Positions 7,292-16,463 of a DNA stretch of 32,197 nt are shown one piece after another; within the stretch, counting starts at the first letter, position 1, and each line of letters opens with the position of its first letter. Both the position numbers and the translations under genes were made by a program. Source of the stretch: Verrucomicrobiota bacterium (GTDB taxonomy: Bacteria; Verrucomicrobiota; Verrucomicrobiia; Methylacidiphilales; Verrucolacustridaceae); assembly GCA_041165425.1 (NCBI GenBank), contig JBEANM010000001.1:1-32197 (forward strand), in the 5' to 3' direction. The notes below the pieces were generated by a model. That model worked only from the letters and a program-made list of their open reading frames with translations, did no database searches and had not been told where the DNA came from.

Positions 7292-8413
7292 TCAGGTCTG
7301 CTGGAAATTGGCCCGCCACAGCAGAAAGAAGCCCAGGATTTGCAGACTCAGATTCGGCAACCAGACAATCAGTTCCGGATAGGCTCCTCCCCGACCCTTC
7401 AATCCTTCGGCCAGCAGAATCAGGGCATAGTAAGCCATGACTACGAAAAAACTGATCACCACGCCGACCGAGGTTTCCTTGCGCTGCACCCGAATTCCCA
7501 GGGGAATCCCTACCAGCAACAACGTGAAGGGGGCCAAAGCAAAGCTGATCCGCTTCTGCATTTCCGTCAGCATGGGATAAACCTGTTTCGGATCAATGTA
7601 GCCCTCCATCGGCGCAAACACCCGCCCCACCAAATCGCCCATGGCGGCAATCCGGATATCCTTAAGATCCTCCGGGTTGATCAGGTTTTTCAGGGAGATC
7701 TTAAGGGGCAACTGATCCGCGCTGAGTCCCGCCCGGATGGAGTTTAAATCCGCCGCATTCTCCCCCCTCTCCTCCTGACGCGCTTTTTGCAGGGTGATGG
7801 TTAGACTAAGGTCATCCAGATCCGCGGAAATAGTTCCCTTTTCCGCCCGGATATTCCGCCGCGGGATCCCGCTAGGATCCAGTTCCCAAATATGGATATC
7901 CGTCAGATCCGTTCCTTTTTTTTCACCGATATAGATCCGGTAACCCGGAAACCGATCCATCGGCTCCCCCGCCCGGACCAGAAACGCCGGATTGTCCCGG
8001 CCGATATCAAGCAGAACCGAATGAAACTTCTGCAGGGTCATCGGTACGAGCACGGCATTGTTGTAAAAACAGATTCCCGAAACAAAGAGCCCGAACAGAA
8101 TCACCGGTGCCACCAGCGGAATGAGTCCGATTCCCGCCGCCCGAATCGCCTGCAGTTCCAGATCCTGGGACATCCGGCCAAAAACAATCAACGCGGCCAC
8201 CAAAATACCCCACGGCATCGTGAAGGTCAGTGCCTGCGGCACCAGTAGGCCGACCATTTTAAAAATCAAGGTGATCGGCATCTCATCATTCACCAGCAGT
8301 TCAAAAATCTGTTTGAAGGCGTTCCCCAGCACAATGACTAGGGAAAGCACCGCCACCGAACCGGCGGTGGCCGCCATCATCTGACTGGTTAAATATCGGT
8401 AGAGGATCGTCAT
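7292..8413 (-). CDS. LptF/LptG-family LPS export permease
   Basis: MTILYRYL start, TMPWGILVAALIVFGRMSQDLELQAIRAAGIG, periplasmic beta-rich region, C-terminal WLPNL. ATG at 8413 overlaps the upstream stop (ATGA). Confidence 0.88.
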   Translation of the reverse strand: MTILYRYLTSQMMAATAGSVAVLSLVIVLGNAFKQIFELLVNDEMPITLIFKMVGLLVPQALTFTMPWGILVAALIVFGRMSQDLELQAIRAAGIGLIPLVAPVILFGLFVSGICFYNNAVLVPMTLQKFHSVLLDIGRDNPAFLVRAGEPMDRFPGYRIYIGEKKGTDLTDIHIWELDPSGIPRRNIRAEKGTISADLDDLSLTITLQKARQEERGENAADLNSIRAGLSADQLPLKISLKNLINPEDLKDIRIAAMGDLVGRVFAPMEGYIDPKQVYPMLTEMQKRISFALAPFTLLLVGIPLGIRVQRKETSVGVVISFFVVMAYYALILLAEGLKGRGGAYPELIVWLPNLSLQILGFFLLWRANFQQT

Positions 8414-9927
8414 GGCTTTTGGGCTCGGCGGGTGTAATCGAGCCTGTCCTTCCAGGTGGTGGGTTGTCCAACCTTCAGGCCCCGGCATTCGTAAAAATGG
8501 AAAGTGGGCCCCATGGGCTGACCCCAGCTGGTCCGCCGGTAGGTGCCCACAATCCGCACAGACTCAAAATCTCGGGCGATCGGCGGGAGCGGGTTGGGCT
8601 GCTCCGCCACATAGAGCCCGGTGCTTCCTTCCGGATAAGTCTCGCGGTAGCTAGGCCAAAGCGAATATTGGGTCATCACCTGCGGCCAGTCCGGGGTGTA
8701 AGCCCGGGGTCGATCGGGAAGATAAAAGGAAAGCAGACTCGCGGTCTGATACTCGTCCGCGACCACGAAGTCCGCCCCGATCTGCTCCCTCACTTTCTGG
8801 GCCTCCCCCGCCAAATCTTTCCAGCCCTTCGCCCGATCCAAAGGGTTGTTTTTCAAACGGAGGGGGAAAATATCGTGCAGCAGGGCCGTTAGAATCAGAC
8901 CCACCCCCAGGGCCAGAGACAAAGCCACCCGCCAGCCTATCTTCCCCGAATCCCACCGGACCATCGCCCATCCCGCCCCCAAGACCAACCCCGCCACCAG
9001 GGCCGGAGCCGTCCAATTTCCATTCGCCGTTTTATTGAGGCTGACCCAGGCGTAGGCCAGAAACAGCGGCCAAAAGAGGCACTGCAAATAGAGCGATCCC
9101 TGCGGGAGGCGGGTCGCGGCGGGCCGGATCGCCCCAGCCAACATGACCAAAAATAAGAGAGGCGAAACCACGATCGCCTGGAGAAGCCAGAAACCGAAAA
9201 ACTTTCCGAAATCCGCCCGGAACCCGCGGTTAAAATCGCCGCCCTCAAAAACGTGCAACGCGCCGATCCACTCCCGGAAAGCGTTCCACAGCAGAATGGG
9301 CAACATCAGCAGGAGTACAGTGCCCAACATCCAAAAGGTCCCCCGGGAAAAAATCAGCCGGCGCCGGGAGGGAACCAAAAGAAGAAAGAGGAGAAAAGAA
9401 ATGATCACGGCCGCGTTGGTGTATTTGGCCTGAAAACCAAACCCAACCCAGAGACCGGTCAGCACCCAAAACCGTTTCTGCTCCGGCTGGGACAAGGCTT
9501 GCCAGAAAGTCAGCGTCGATGCCGCCCAGAAAAAAACGCTCAAGGGATCGATCGTCATCAGGATGCTCCCCACGGCAAACAGCGGCATCACCGAGGCGGC
9601 CACCACGGCCGCCAAGCCCACGCGGTCGCTGTAAAACGTCCGCCCCAAAAGAAAAATCAACCATCCGGTCCCTGCCGCCAGCAGCACGGCCGGCAGGCGC
9701 ACCACCCAGACCGCATCCCCCAGCAAACTCGTGAAGAGCCAGATCACCAGGGCGGCCCCGGGCCCCTTTCCGTAATGGCTCCAGTCCAGAAACCGTCCGC
9801 ACTCCCAGTAGTGGGCCTCGTCTCCCACCAGATCCAGCCGGGGCGCGAACCAAAGTCGCAACGCCGTCACCAGACCAATCCAGATCAGTGCCCAACGGGC
9901 CTCGTGGCTGTCCAAAATCCTGGTCAC
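8410..9927 (-). CDS. ArnT/PMT-like GT-C membrane glycosyltransferase (GT83/GT39-like)
   Basis: DEAHYW..G..LDWS.Y.K.P, VRLPAV, TIDPL..FFW, G.G..AKYT, many TM helices. Confidence 0.85.
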   Translation of the reverse strand: MTRILDSHEARWALIWIGLVTALRLWFAPRLDLVGDEAHYWECGRFLDWSHYGKGPGAALVIWLFTSLLGDAVWVVRLPAVLLAAGTGWLIFLLGRTFYSDRVGLAAVVAASVMPLFAVGSILMTIDPLSVFFWAASTLTFWQALSQPEQKRFWVLTGLWVGFGFQAKYTNAAVIISFLLFLLLVPSRRRLIFSRGTFWMLGTVLLLMLPILLWNAFREWIGALHVFEGGDFNRGFRADFGKFFGFWLLQAIVVSPLLFLVMLAGAIRPAATRLPQGSLYLQCLFWPLFLAYAWVSLNKTANGNWTAPALVAGLVLGAGWAMVRWDSGKIGWRVALSLALGVGLILTALLHDIFPLRLKNNPLDRAKGWKDLAGEAQKVREQIGADFVVADEYQTASLLSFYLPDRPRAYTPDWPQVMTQYSLWPSYRETYPEGSTGLYVAEQPNPLPPIARDFESVRIVGTYRRTSWGQPMGPTFHFYECRGLKVGQPTTWKDRLDYTRRAQKP

Positions 9928-10010
9928 AAACCCAAGTTAAGCGAAAAGATGTCTTGGTCGCAAAGAATGGTTGGTTTGACCCCGTCGGTCTTCGGGGGTT
10001 GAGTGGGAGT

Positions 10011-10463
10011 ATGAGTTTAGCCGCCCAAGTCGACGAACAGATCAAGGAAGCCATGAAAGCCAAGGATGCCGACCGCCTCAGCGTCCTCCGGATGTTGAAA
10101 TCCGCCATCAAATACTCGGTCATCGAAAAGTACGGCGCGGAAGGCGCCGCCAAGGACGAGGATGTGATTGCGGCCGTGCGCAAGGAGATCAAAAAGCGCC
10201 ACGACTCCATCGAGGCCTTCACCAAGGGTGGTCGGGCCGACCAGGCCGCCAAGGAGCAGGCCGAAGTGAAAATTCTCGAATCCTACCTCCCTCAGGCCAT
10301 GCCCGAGGCAGAGCTGGAAGCCTTGGTGAAAAGCGTCATCGCCGAGCTCAAGGCCACCGACAAGAAAGCCATGGGTGCCGTGATGAAAGCCTGCCAAGCC
10401 AAAGCCGCGGGTCGCGCCGACAACCGTGCCCTCAGCGCCCTCGTGGGAAAACTTCTGCCCTAA
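10011..10463 (+). CDS. yqeY: GatB/YqeY domain protein
   Basis: IKEAMKAKD..RLSVLRMLKSAIK, KKRHDSIEAF..GGR.D.A.KE..E..IL..YLPQ, MGAVM. Real start ATG at 10011. Confidence 0.92.
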   Translation: MSLAAQVDEQIKEAMKAKDADRLSVLRMLKSAIKYSVIEKYGAEGAAKDEDVIAAVRKEIKKRHDSIEAFTKGGRADQAAKEQAEVKILESYLPQAMPEAELEALVKSVIAELKATDKKAMGAVMKACQAKAAGRADNRALSALVGKLLP

Positions 10464-11536
10464 TTCGGCGGCGGGCCCGGCGGTCCACCTTGGCCGGGGC
10501 GGGGAAGGGCTTGGGCCTCATCCGCATCGATAAAGCCGTCACCGTTGGCATCGTGCCGGGAGAAGTTCTTCTGCATGGGTGGAGGTGCTTCCTCTTGGGA
10601 AATTTTGCCGTCCCCGTTTTTATCAAATCTTTGGATGGGATCACCGCTTCCCGTTTTGGCATTCGGCCCGCCTGCCCCTGATCCTCGGCTTTGACTCGCC
10701 CCTCCCGGCCCTCCCCCGGGCGGTCCCCGACGAAAACTCGCATCGGGTGTTCCCTTCAGCATCCTCGGATAAAAGGGAAACTCCGCGGTCGCCACATAAT
10801 AATAGGTTCCCTGGGGATATTCCGGCGTAACTCCCGTACGCCCATTCGCCTCGTCGAGATTCCCATGCCCGTTGACGTATTCATAATCCGCGGTGTACGT
10901 GCCATCGTAGTTTCCGCCTGGACCGGCGGCCCCACCCGGTCGGGCGCCACTCTTGAGCCGATAGCTCGACCGATTCTCGGGAGTCTGGGCGTAGATCGGA
11001 AATCCGTCAGCCGCATAGCCCAGCAAGGTGGGATCCTTTTCTCCCAGTTGGGCCAAGAGACCCACGGGAATTCCATGATAGTGGTAGGCTCCGCTGGGCT
11101 GCACGTGGGCCTGGTTCTGATCCAGCCCCAAACTTTTCCCTCCTCCAATCGCCTCAATATGCCAACCGGAATTCCGGTCGTTTTTCCAATATTCAGCCGT
11201 GCCCGGATCAAAAGGCACGCCGTTCAGCGCCACGCCAATCGCCTGCTGTTTTAAGGACGTGAATGTCGCGTTGGTTTGGGGATACCGAGGGACACGGAAA
11301 AGATAACTCTGGGCCGAGATGGCGTTCGGACACCCCGGACCGGGAAACTTCCCGGTCTCATGATTCGGAATCCCGTTAGCGCGGATAACCCGAAAAGAAC
11401 CCTCCTCCGTGATCGTGACCTTGGACTCCGGTAATCCTCTTGCCGCCGTCTCCGGATCCCCTTCATGGCCGGGATGGGCCCTAGCCCAGGAAAGGGCCAG
11501 AATCAGAAACAAACCACCAGTGAGGTGACACCCCAT
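10460..11536 (-). CDS. Secreted YHYH-domain protein with Gly-rich linker and C-terminal EF-hand pair
   Basis: Signal peptide + HPGH; IGVALNGVPF, AHVQPSGAYHYHG, GYAADGFPIY, LDEANGR; EF-hand loops DKNGDGKISQEE and DANGDGFIDADE. Confidence 0.85.
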   Translation of the reverse strand: MGCHLTGGLFLILALSWARAHPGHEGDPETAARGLPESKVTITEEGSFRVIRANGIPNHETGKFPGPGCPNAISAQSYLFRVPRYPQTNATFTSLKQQAIGVALNGVPFDPGTAEYWKNDRNSGWHIEAIGGGKSLGLDQNQAHVQPSGAYHYHGIPVGLLAQLGEKDPTLLGYAADGFPIYAQTPENRSSYRLKSGARPGGAAGPGGNYDGTYTADYEYVNGHGNLDEANGRTGVTPEYPQGTYYYVATAEFPFYPRMLKGTPDASFRRGPPGGGPGGASQSRGSGAGGPNAKTGSGDPIQRFDKNGDGKISQEEAPPPMQKNFSRHDANGDGFIDADEAQALPRPGQGGPPGPPPN

Positions 11537-11578
11537 ATAGGATTAGACCACGGTTTGGGAAAAAAGATGCGGTCGAAA

Positions 11579-12127
11579 TTAATTTATTTTCTGCACCGGC
11601 AGGTGCACTTCGGACCGCTTGAAGGGGGCAAGGGTAAAAGGCCCGTTCCAGTAGACCGCGTAAGGCTCCCCCGCCACCCGCCATTTCTTCTGGGTTTGAA
11701 GCCAGCCGCGCAGTTTGGCCAGATTCTCCTCGTAACTTTCCCGGGTGTAGCCCCCCCGGATCCCTACCGAGGCCACCGTGCGCGAGGGCAGAGTCTGCCG
11801 GGTCACGCCGGCTGGGAGCTGGAGGTCCCCCCGCTTGGCCGAAGCCTGATCCAAATAAAAAATCATCGTTCCCGGCTTCATCTTGGCCTCGACCGGAACG
11901 GTCATCGGAACCTTGTTCTGGTTGATCGCTTGGAAAAGACGCCGGAAAAGGCCGTTGTTCTCCTGAAAATACTCGGCCCGGGTCGAGGCCCGCAGCACCG
12001 TTCCCACGGGCAGGGTTTTCACCTCACAGAAACCAGCCGCCGTCATCGGGTAGGCCGATTCGTACGCCCAAACCGAGCTGCGCAGAAAAATCATCGTCCC
12101 AAGAATCAAAAAGGAAATTCGGTTCAT
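11579..12127 (-). CDS. SOUL heme-binding family protein
   Basis: YESAY, FRRLFQAI, VPMTVPV, MIFYL, YWNGPFTLAPFKRSEV; signal-like N-terminus. Confidence 0.8.
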   Translation of the reverse strand: MNRISFLILGTMIFLRSSVWAYESAYPMTAAGFCEVKTLPVGTVLRASTRAEYFQENNGLFRRLFQAINQNKVPMTVPVEAKMKPGTMIFYLDQASAKRGDLQLPAGVTRQTLPSRTVASVGIRGGYTRESYEENLAKLRGWLQTQKKWRVAGEPYAVYWNGPFTLAPFKRSEVHLPVQKIN

Positions 12128-13149
12128 GAGGCTTGGCCCGGCTCAAGAATCCTCCCGTTGATAGGCCAGGGCAAGGGCCCTTCCAAAGGCCGGTGGGCCT
12201 CGAGCAGCCCGGTTGTCTCCTCTTTGCCGCGGGCATAGCTCAAACGAAGCATTTCGATCTTCGCATCCATGTTGTCGATGTGGTGCAGCAGGAAAGCCTC
12301 GGGCGTCTTCGGGGCCACGGGAGAACCAAACTCCTTGGTGCCATGGTGAGAGGCGATCAGATGGAGCAGATGATCCCGCAACTCCTCGGAGGCCGGCTTC
12401 AAATCCGCCCAACTCTTTCCCTCCGCCGCCTCCCCCTCCCGCCAGAGGCTGTTGGCCACCTCGATGCCCAGGGAAATGTGCCCGAGCAGCTCCCCTTTTC
12501 GGCTAGGCACCGACCCAAACCCCTTCTCCCCCGTGTCGTTTTCCCAAAGTTTGCCCAGGTCATGGAAAATCACCCCGGCCACGAGGAGATCGCCGTCCAC
12601 CTCGGGATAAAGCGGCGCCAAGGAACGGGCCACCCGGATCATCTGGCCCGTGTGGTCCAGGAGTCCGCCGCGCCGCGCGTGGTGATTCCTCCGTGCCGCC
12701 GCCGCTCGCTTCCACTTTTCCGGAAACTTCTCGAACGCCCGCATGCTGATCCAGCGCAGACGCGGGTCCTTCATCGCCTTGGCCGCCGCCAGACACTCCT
12801 GCCAGCGCTCTTCCAGTTGTTTCCGTCGCTCTTCCCCGCCCAAGAAAAACTCCTCCTCCTCGATCGGCTTGAGTTTTCGCGCCGCTGGACCGTCTACATT
12901 CGGGCCGTAGTCGCTGGGACCAAAAACACCCGTAAGTTCGAGACACTCCCCCGGTTGCGCCCCGGCAAAATATTCAAACGCCGGGGAACCGGAAAAGATG
13001 TTCAGCGAAACCCGCTCACTCTCATCCGCCAACTCCACCCGCAGGAACGGTTTGCCGTTTCGGGCCTGCTGTTCCCGGCGCCCGACAAACTGCGCCCGAA
13101 CCGACCCTTTAGCCGGCGTCGTCAGTTTGAGAAAATCCCGCAGGGTCAT
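12124..13149 (-). CDS. YhaM-family 3'-5' exoribonuclease (OB-fold + HD domain)
   Basis: N-terminal OB (RNGKPFLRVELAD), AAARRNHHA..GGLLDHT, FHDLGK, GELLGHI, HLIASHHG..EFGSPV.PKTPEA..LHHIDNMDAK. Confidence 0.9.
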   Translation of the reverse strand: MTLRDFLKLTTPAKGSVRAQFVGRREQQARNGKPFLRVELADESERVSLNIFSGSPAFEYFAGAQPGECLELTGVFGPSDYGPNVDGPAARKLKPIEEEEFFLGGEERRKQLEERWQECLAAAKAMKDPRLRWISMRAFEKFPEKWKRAAAARRNHHARRGGLLDHTGQMIRVARSLAPLYPEVDGDLLVAGVIFHDLGKLWENDTGEKGFGSVPSRKGELLGHISLGIEVANSLWREGEAAEGKSWADLKPASEELRDHLLHLIASHHGTKEFGSPVAPKTPEAFLLHHIDNMDAKIEMLRLSYARGKEETTGLLEAHRPLEGPLPWPINGRILEPGQAS

Positions 13150-13171
13150 GCCGTCGCCCCGCAGGTGCGGA

Positions 13172-13432
13172 TCAGGAAATCTTACCTTGGGAAGCTTCGT
13201 TCCCGTTTTTCACCACGAGCCAGACCAGACCGCCCGCCACCGAAGCCGGCGCCGCCAGCATGAAAATCACACTCCAACCGAAACCCAACCCCACCGCGTT
13301 TAACTTGTCCGAAACCATCGCCGGACCTCCCGCATCGTCCTTTTTCATGAAGCTATCTTTGCAGGTCGGACAGGCCCAGAGGGCGGATCCCCCCAGCAGA
13401 AGAACCAAAGCGAACGAAGAAATCCAACGCAT
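13172..13432 (-). CDS. Small membrane protein with signal peptide, CxxC and C-terminal TM helix
   Basis: LWA|CPTCK after a hydrophobic leader; GFGWSVIFML...LVWLVV TM. Confidence 0.7.
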   Translation of the reverse strand: MRWISSFALVLLLGGSALWACPTCKDSFMKKDDAGGPAMVSDKLNAVGLGFGWSVIFMLAAPASVAGGLVWLVVKNGNEASQGKIS

Positions 13433-13516
13433 AGAGAATATTTACGCCGGGACTTCGCCCTCGGCAAGGATGGTTGCCTCGACTCGATCCCCGCTCCACT
13501 TTAGGATCCACTTCTT

Positions 13517-14497
13517 ATGGACAAGGCCTTGGCGCAAAAGGTGATCGATCGTCTCGCGTCGGCCCAAACCCCCGCCCTCTTCACCCACCTTCGCCCGGAT
13601 GGAGATGCCTTTGGGAGTCTGCTGGGTCTTGCTCACACCCTCCGGGATCGCGGCCAAAGCCCGAGCCTCCATGTCGAAGGCGGAATGATCCCCATGTACC
13701 GCTTTCTTCCTGGCCAGGAACTCATTCAGGACATTCCGGATCAACTCCCGGCCAAGGCGGATGTGTTCGTTGTGCTCGACACCTCGACTCGGGAACGGGT
13801 CGGAAAAAAAACGGTCGAATGGAAACAACCCGTCGACGTGGTCATTGATCATCATATTAGCAACCCCGGTTTTGCCGCTCTCAGCCTCATTGTCCCTGAA
13901 ATTCCTGCAACCACCGGAGTGCTTTTTCGGCTTTTTGAAATGGCCGGATGGAAAATCTCTCCCGCCGCCGCCACCTGCCTTTATACGGGCTTGTCGACCG
14001 ATACCGGCTCTTTTCGCTACCGTGGAACCGATGCCCAAACTCTCCGGATCGCTGCCAGTCTGGTCGAACTCGGCGCAGACCCATCCGAAATCGCGAAGCA
14101 GTGCTACCTGTCCATCACTCAGGAAAGATACCAACTTAAAAAGCTAACAGTTGAAACTTTATCATTAAAGGATAATAATAAATCAGGATTTTTGACTATT
14201 TTTCCTGAATTTTATAATAAAAGCGGTGCGAAAAGCGAGGACACTGAGGGAATTATTGAGGAAGTCACTTCTATTCAAGGACTTGAGGTAGCTACCCTAT
14301 TTGAATTCAGCCCGGATGGTGGATTAAGGGTCAGCCTCAGATCCAAGGGCCGGGTGGACGTTAACAAAATCGCCAGTTCTTTCGGTGGCGGGGGTCACCG
14401 GGCCGCCGCCGGTATCCGGTTTACCAAAGACGGTGAAAAGAGCCGCGACCTCGTCCTCGCGGCCATCTCCCAAGCCATCGCAAAACTGGAAGCCTGA
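13517..14497 (+). CDS. nrnA: DHH/DHHA1 bifunctional oligoribonuclease / pAp phosphatase NrnA
   Basis: HLRPDGDAFGS, VIDHH, TDTGSF, SLRSKG, GGGGH.AAAG; upstream of truB-ribF as commonly seen. Confidence 0.9.
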   Translation: MDKALAQKVIDRLASAQTPALFTHLRPDGDAFGSLLGLAHTLRDRGQSPSLHVEGGMIPMYRFLPGQELIQDIPDQLPAKADVFVVLDTSTRERVGKKTVEWKQPVDVVIDHHISNPGFAALSLIVPEIPATTGVLFRLFEMAGWKISPAAATCLYTGLSTDTGSFRYRGTDAQTLRIAASLVELGADPSEIAKQCYLSITQERYQLKKLTVETLSLKDNNKSGFLTIFPEFYNKSGAKSEDTEGIIEEVTSIQGLEVATLFEFSPDGGLRVSLRSKGRVDVNKIASSFGGGGHRAAAGIRFTKDGEKSRDLVLAAISQAIAKLEA

Positions 14498-14652
14498 CAC
14501 TTACCCGCAACCCTTTACCCAATACAAGCAACCTGCTGACCTTGCTTTTTCCCCAATCGTTCTGCACTTTGAACTCTTCATTGGTTCCACCCCAATCGTC
14601 ATGAATTCAACCATTCAAGTTTCTCCGTAACCGCAGACGAAAGTTCATCCCG

Positions 14653-15372
14653 GTGATCCCTCAACTGGACGGTTTATTGCTCGTCGACAAACCCCCCGGC
14701 AAAACTTCCCACGATATCGTCGACTTTGTCCGACGCCGCTTCAACCAGCGTAAGGTGGGCCACTGCGGGACGCTCGACCCTATTGCCACCGGACTCCTCA
14801 TGCTCGTCATTGGGAAAGCTACCCGGGTTCAGGATCTGCTTATGGCCGAAGACAAAGAGTACGAGGGGACCCTCAAACTCGGCGAAACCACCGATACCCA
14901 GGACGCCGCCGGCAAAATCCTCGAGACCAAACCCGTTCCCACTTTGGACCGGGCCGCCATCGAGGCCGCTTTCGCCAAATTCACCGGTGAATTCGACCAA
15001 GTCCCTCCCATGGTCTCCGCCATCAAGAAAGACGGGGTTCCCCTCTATAAACTGGCGCGGGAGGGCAAAGTCATCGACCGCCCTGCCCGCAAAGTGCGGA
15101 TCGACCGGCACGAGATCCTGGAAGTCGCTTTGCCTATTGTCCGCTTCCGCATTCACTGCACCAAGGGGTTTTATGTCCGCACCTACTGCCACGATCTCGG
15201 CCAACTGATCGGCTGCGGCGGACACATGTCCGCCCTCATCCGCACCCGCTCGGGAAATTTCGAGTTGTCGAAAGCCGTGCGCTGGTCGGATCTCGAGGCT
15301 GCCCAGGGAATCGACTACCTTGCCCGCCATCTGATTTCCCTCCCGGAAATTTCACGCATCCGCCGCACGTGA
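14653..15372 (+). CDS. truB: tRNA pseudouridine(55) synthase TruB (lacks C-terminal PUA domain)
   Basis: DKP.G.TSHDIV, KVGHCGTLDPIATGLL, QVPPMVSAIK.DG.PLYKLAR.G, KGFYVRT..HDLG. Confidence 0.95.
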   Translation: MIPQLDGLLLVDKPPGKTSHDIVDFVRRRFNQRKVGHCGTLDPIATGLLMLVIGKATRVQDLLMAEDKEYEGTLKLGETTDTQDAAGKILETKPVPTLDRAAIEAAFAKFTGEFDQVPPMVSAIKKDGVPLYKLAREGKVIDRPARKVRIDRHEILEVALPIVRFRIHCTKGFYVRTYCHDLGQLIGCGGHMSALIRTRSGNFELSKAVRWSDLEAAQGIDYLARHLISLPEISRIRRT

Positions 15373-16289
15373 CCGTCGTCGACTCCCTCAAACCCTCCCC
15401 CGCCGGCTCCTCCATCCGCCATCTTGCCTTGGGATTTTTCGACGGTCTCCATCTGGGCCATCGTCGCGTCATTCTCGGCGGCGAAAAGCCCCACGCCCCC
15501 ACCCAAACCGCCGTCCTCACTTTCCGCGACCATCCTCTTTCGGTTCTACACCCGGAAAAACATCCGGCCCTTATCACTGGTCTACCCCACAAACTTCGTG
15601 TTCTTGGACGATGGCAGATCGGCCTGGTCGTCGCTTTACCGTTTGATGCTTCCCGCTCCCGCCAAGAACCGCCCGATTTTCTTTCCGAACTGGCGCGGGC
15701 TTTTCCCGCCCTGCAGACCGTTTCGGTCGGACCGAATTGGAGATTCGGCAAAAATCGCTCGGGAGATGTGAAGCTTCTCGGGCAGTGGTGTACGGAAAGA
15801 AAAGTTCTCCTCGATAATCCAGATCCCGTGCTTTTTGCAGGGGAGCGAATCAGCAGCAGCCGAATTCGGGCCGCCATTTCCGCCGGCCAGCTGCCCGATA
15901 CCGCCGCGATGCTCGGCCGTCCTTTCACCCTTTTCGGCTGCGTGGGCCAAGGCGCCGGTCGGGGGACCGGGCTTGGTTTTGCCACCGCGAATTTAAAGAC
16001 TGAAGACGAGTGCCTGCCCCCCGACGGCGTCTACGCCGGTCGGGCCCATTTAGCCGGAGGCAAAACCTTTCCAGCAGCGATCCATTTAGGATCCCAGCCA
16101 ACCTTCGGAGGAAAGGACCGCCACCCGGAAGCCCATCTGCTTGGTTTTCAGGGTCAGCTTTTGGATCAGCAATTGGATTTGGAGTTCAGCCAGTTTCTTC
16201 GGCCCACTCAAAAATTCGATTCCCCCAAAAGCCTGGCCGAACAGATTCAGAAAGACGTTTCCGCCGTCATTCAACTTTCACAAAAGTAG
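15369..16289 (+). CDS. ribF: Bifunctional riboflavin kinase / FAD synthetase
   Basis: LGFFDGLHLGH, ISSSRIR, G.GRG..LGFATANL, GVYA, PTF, EAHLL, LRP.QKF; start overlaps the truB stop (GTGA). Confidence 0.95.
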   Translation: MTVVDSLKPSPAGSSIRHLALGFFDGLHLGHRRVILGGEKPHAPTQTAVLTFRDHPLSVLHPEKHPALITGLPHKLRVLGRWQIGLVVALPFDASRSRQEPPDFLSELARAFPALQTVSVGPNWRFGKNRSGDVKLLGQWCTERKVLLDNPDPVLFAGERISSSRIRAAISAGQLPDTAAMLGRPFTLFGCVGQGAGRGTGLGFATANLKTEDECLPPDGVYAGRAHLAGGKTFPAAIHLGSQPTFGGKDRHPEAHLLGFQGQLLDQQLDLEFSQFLRPTQKFDSPKSLAEQIQKDVSAVIQLSQK

Positions 16290-16291
16290 TT

Positions 16292-16314
16292 TTTGACCCC
16301 TCTTTTGGGTCAAA
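16292..16314. repeat. Perfect 8-bp inverted repeat immediately after ribF
   Basis: TTTGACCC-ctctttt-GGGTCAAA. Confidence 0.6.
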
Positions 16315-16368
16315 TGAACAATTTAATGATTTTGTTTCCCTAAGTTGTTTTATATCAAAGTATTTTAG

Positions 16369-16390
16369 TTTGAACGTTGATCTGTTCAAA
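16369..16390. promoter_or_regulatory. Palindromic candidate operator upstream of the giant amylase gene
   Basis: TTTGAAC-N8-GTTCAAA in an AT-rich intergenic region. Confidence 0.4.
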
Positions 16391-16463
16391 AGTTTCAAAT
16401 ATTTTATCTTATCTATTTAAAAGTGACCTACTTGTGCTTAAATTACCCTTGGATGCAAATGAT

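Noticed and set aside
16369-16390. GAAC/GTTC palindrome as a LexA box
   Set aside because: Spacing and orientation (GAAC-N8-GTTC) fit neither GAAC-N4-GTTC nor TGTTC-N4-GAACA, and the downstream gene is not SOS-related.
16377-16463. Track start (TTG 16377) for the giant protein
   Set aside because: Lies in AT-rich intergenic DNA overlapping a palindrome; ATG 16464 gives a proper signal peptide matching the paralog.
16290-16463. AT-rich region as replication origin or island boundary
   Set aside because: No DnaA boxes (TTATCCACA), tRNA, integrase or direct repeats seen; downstream genes are GC-rich like the rest of the window.
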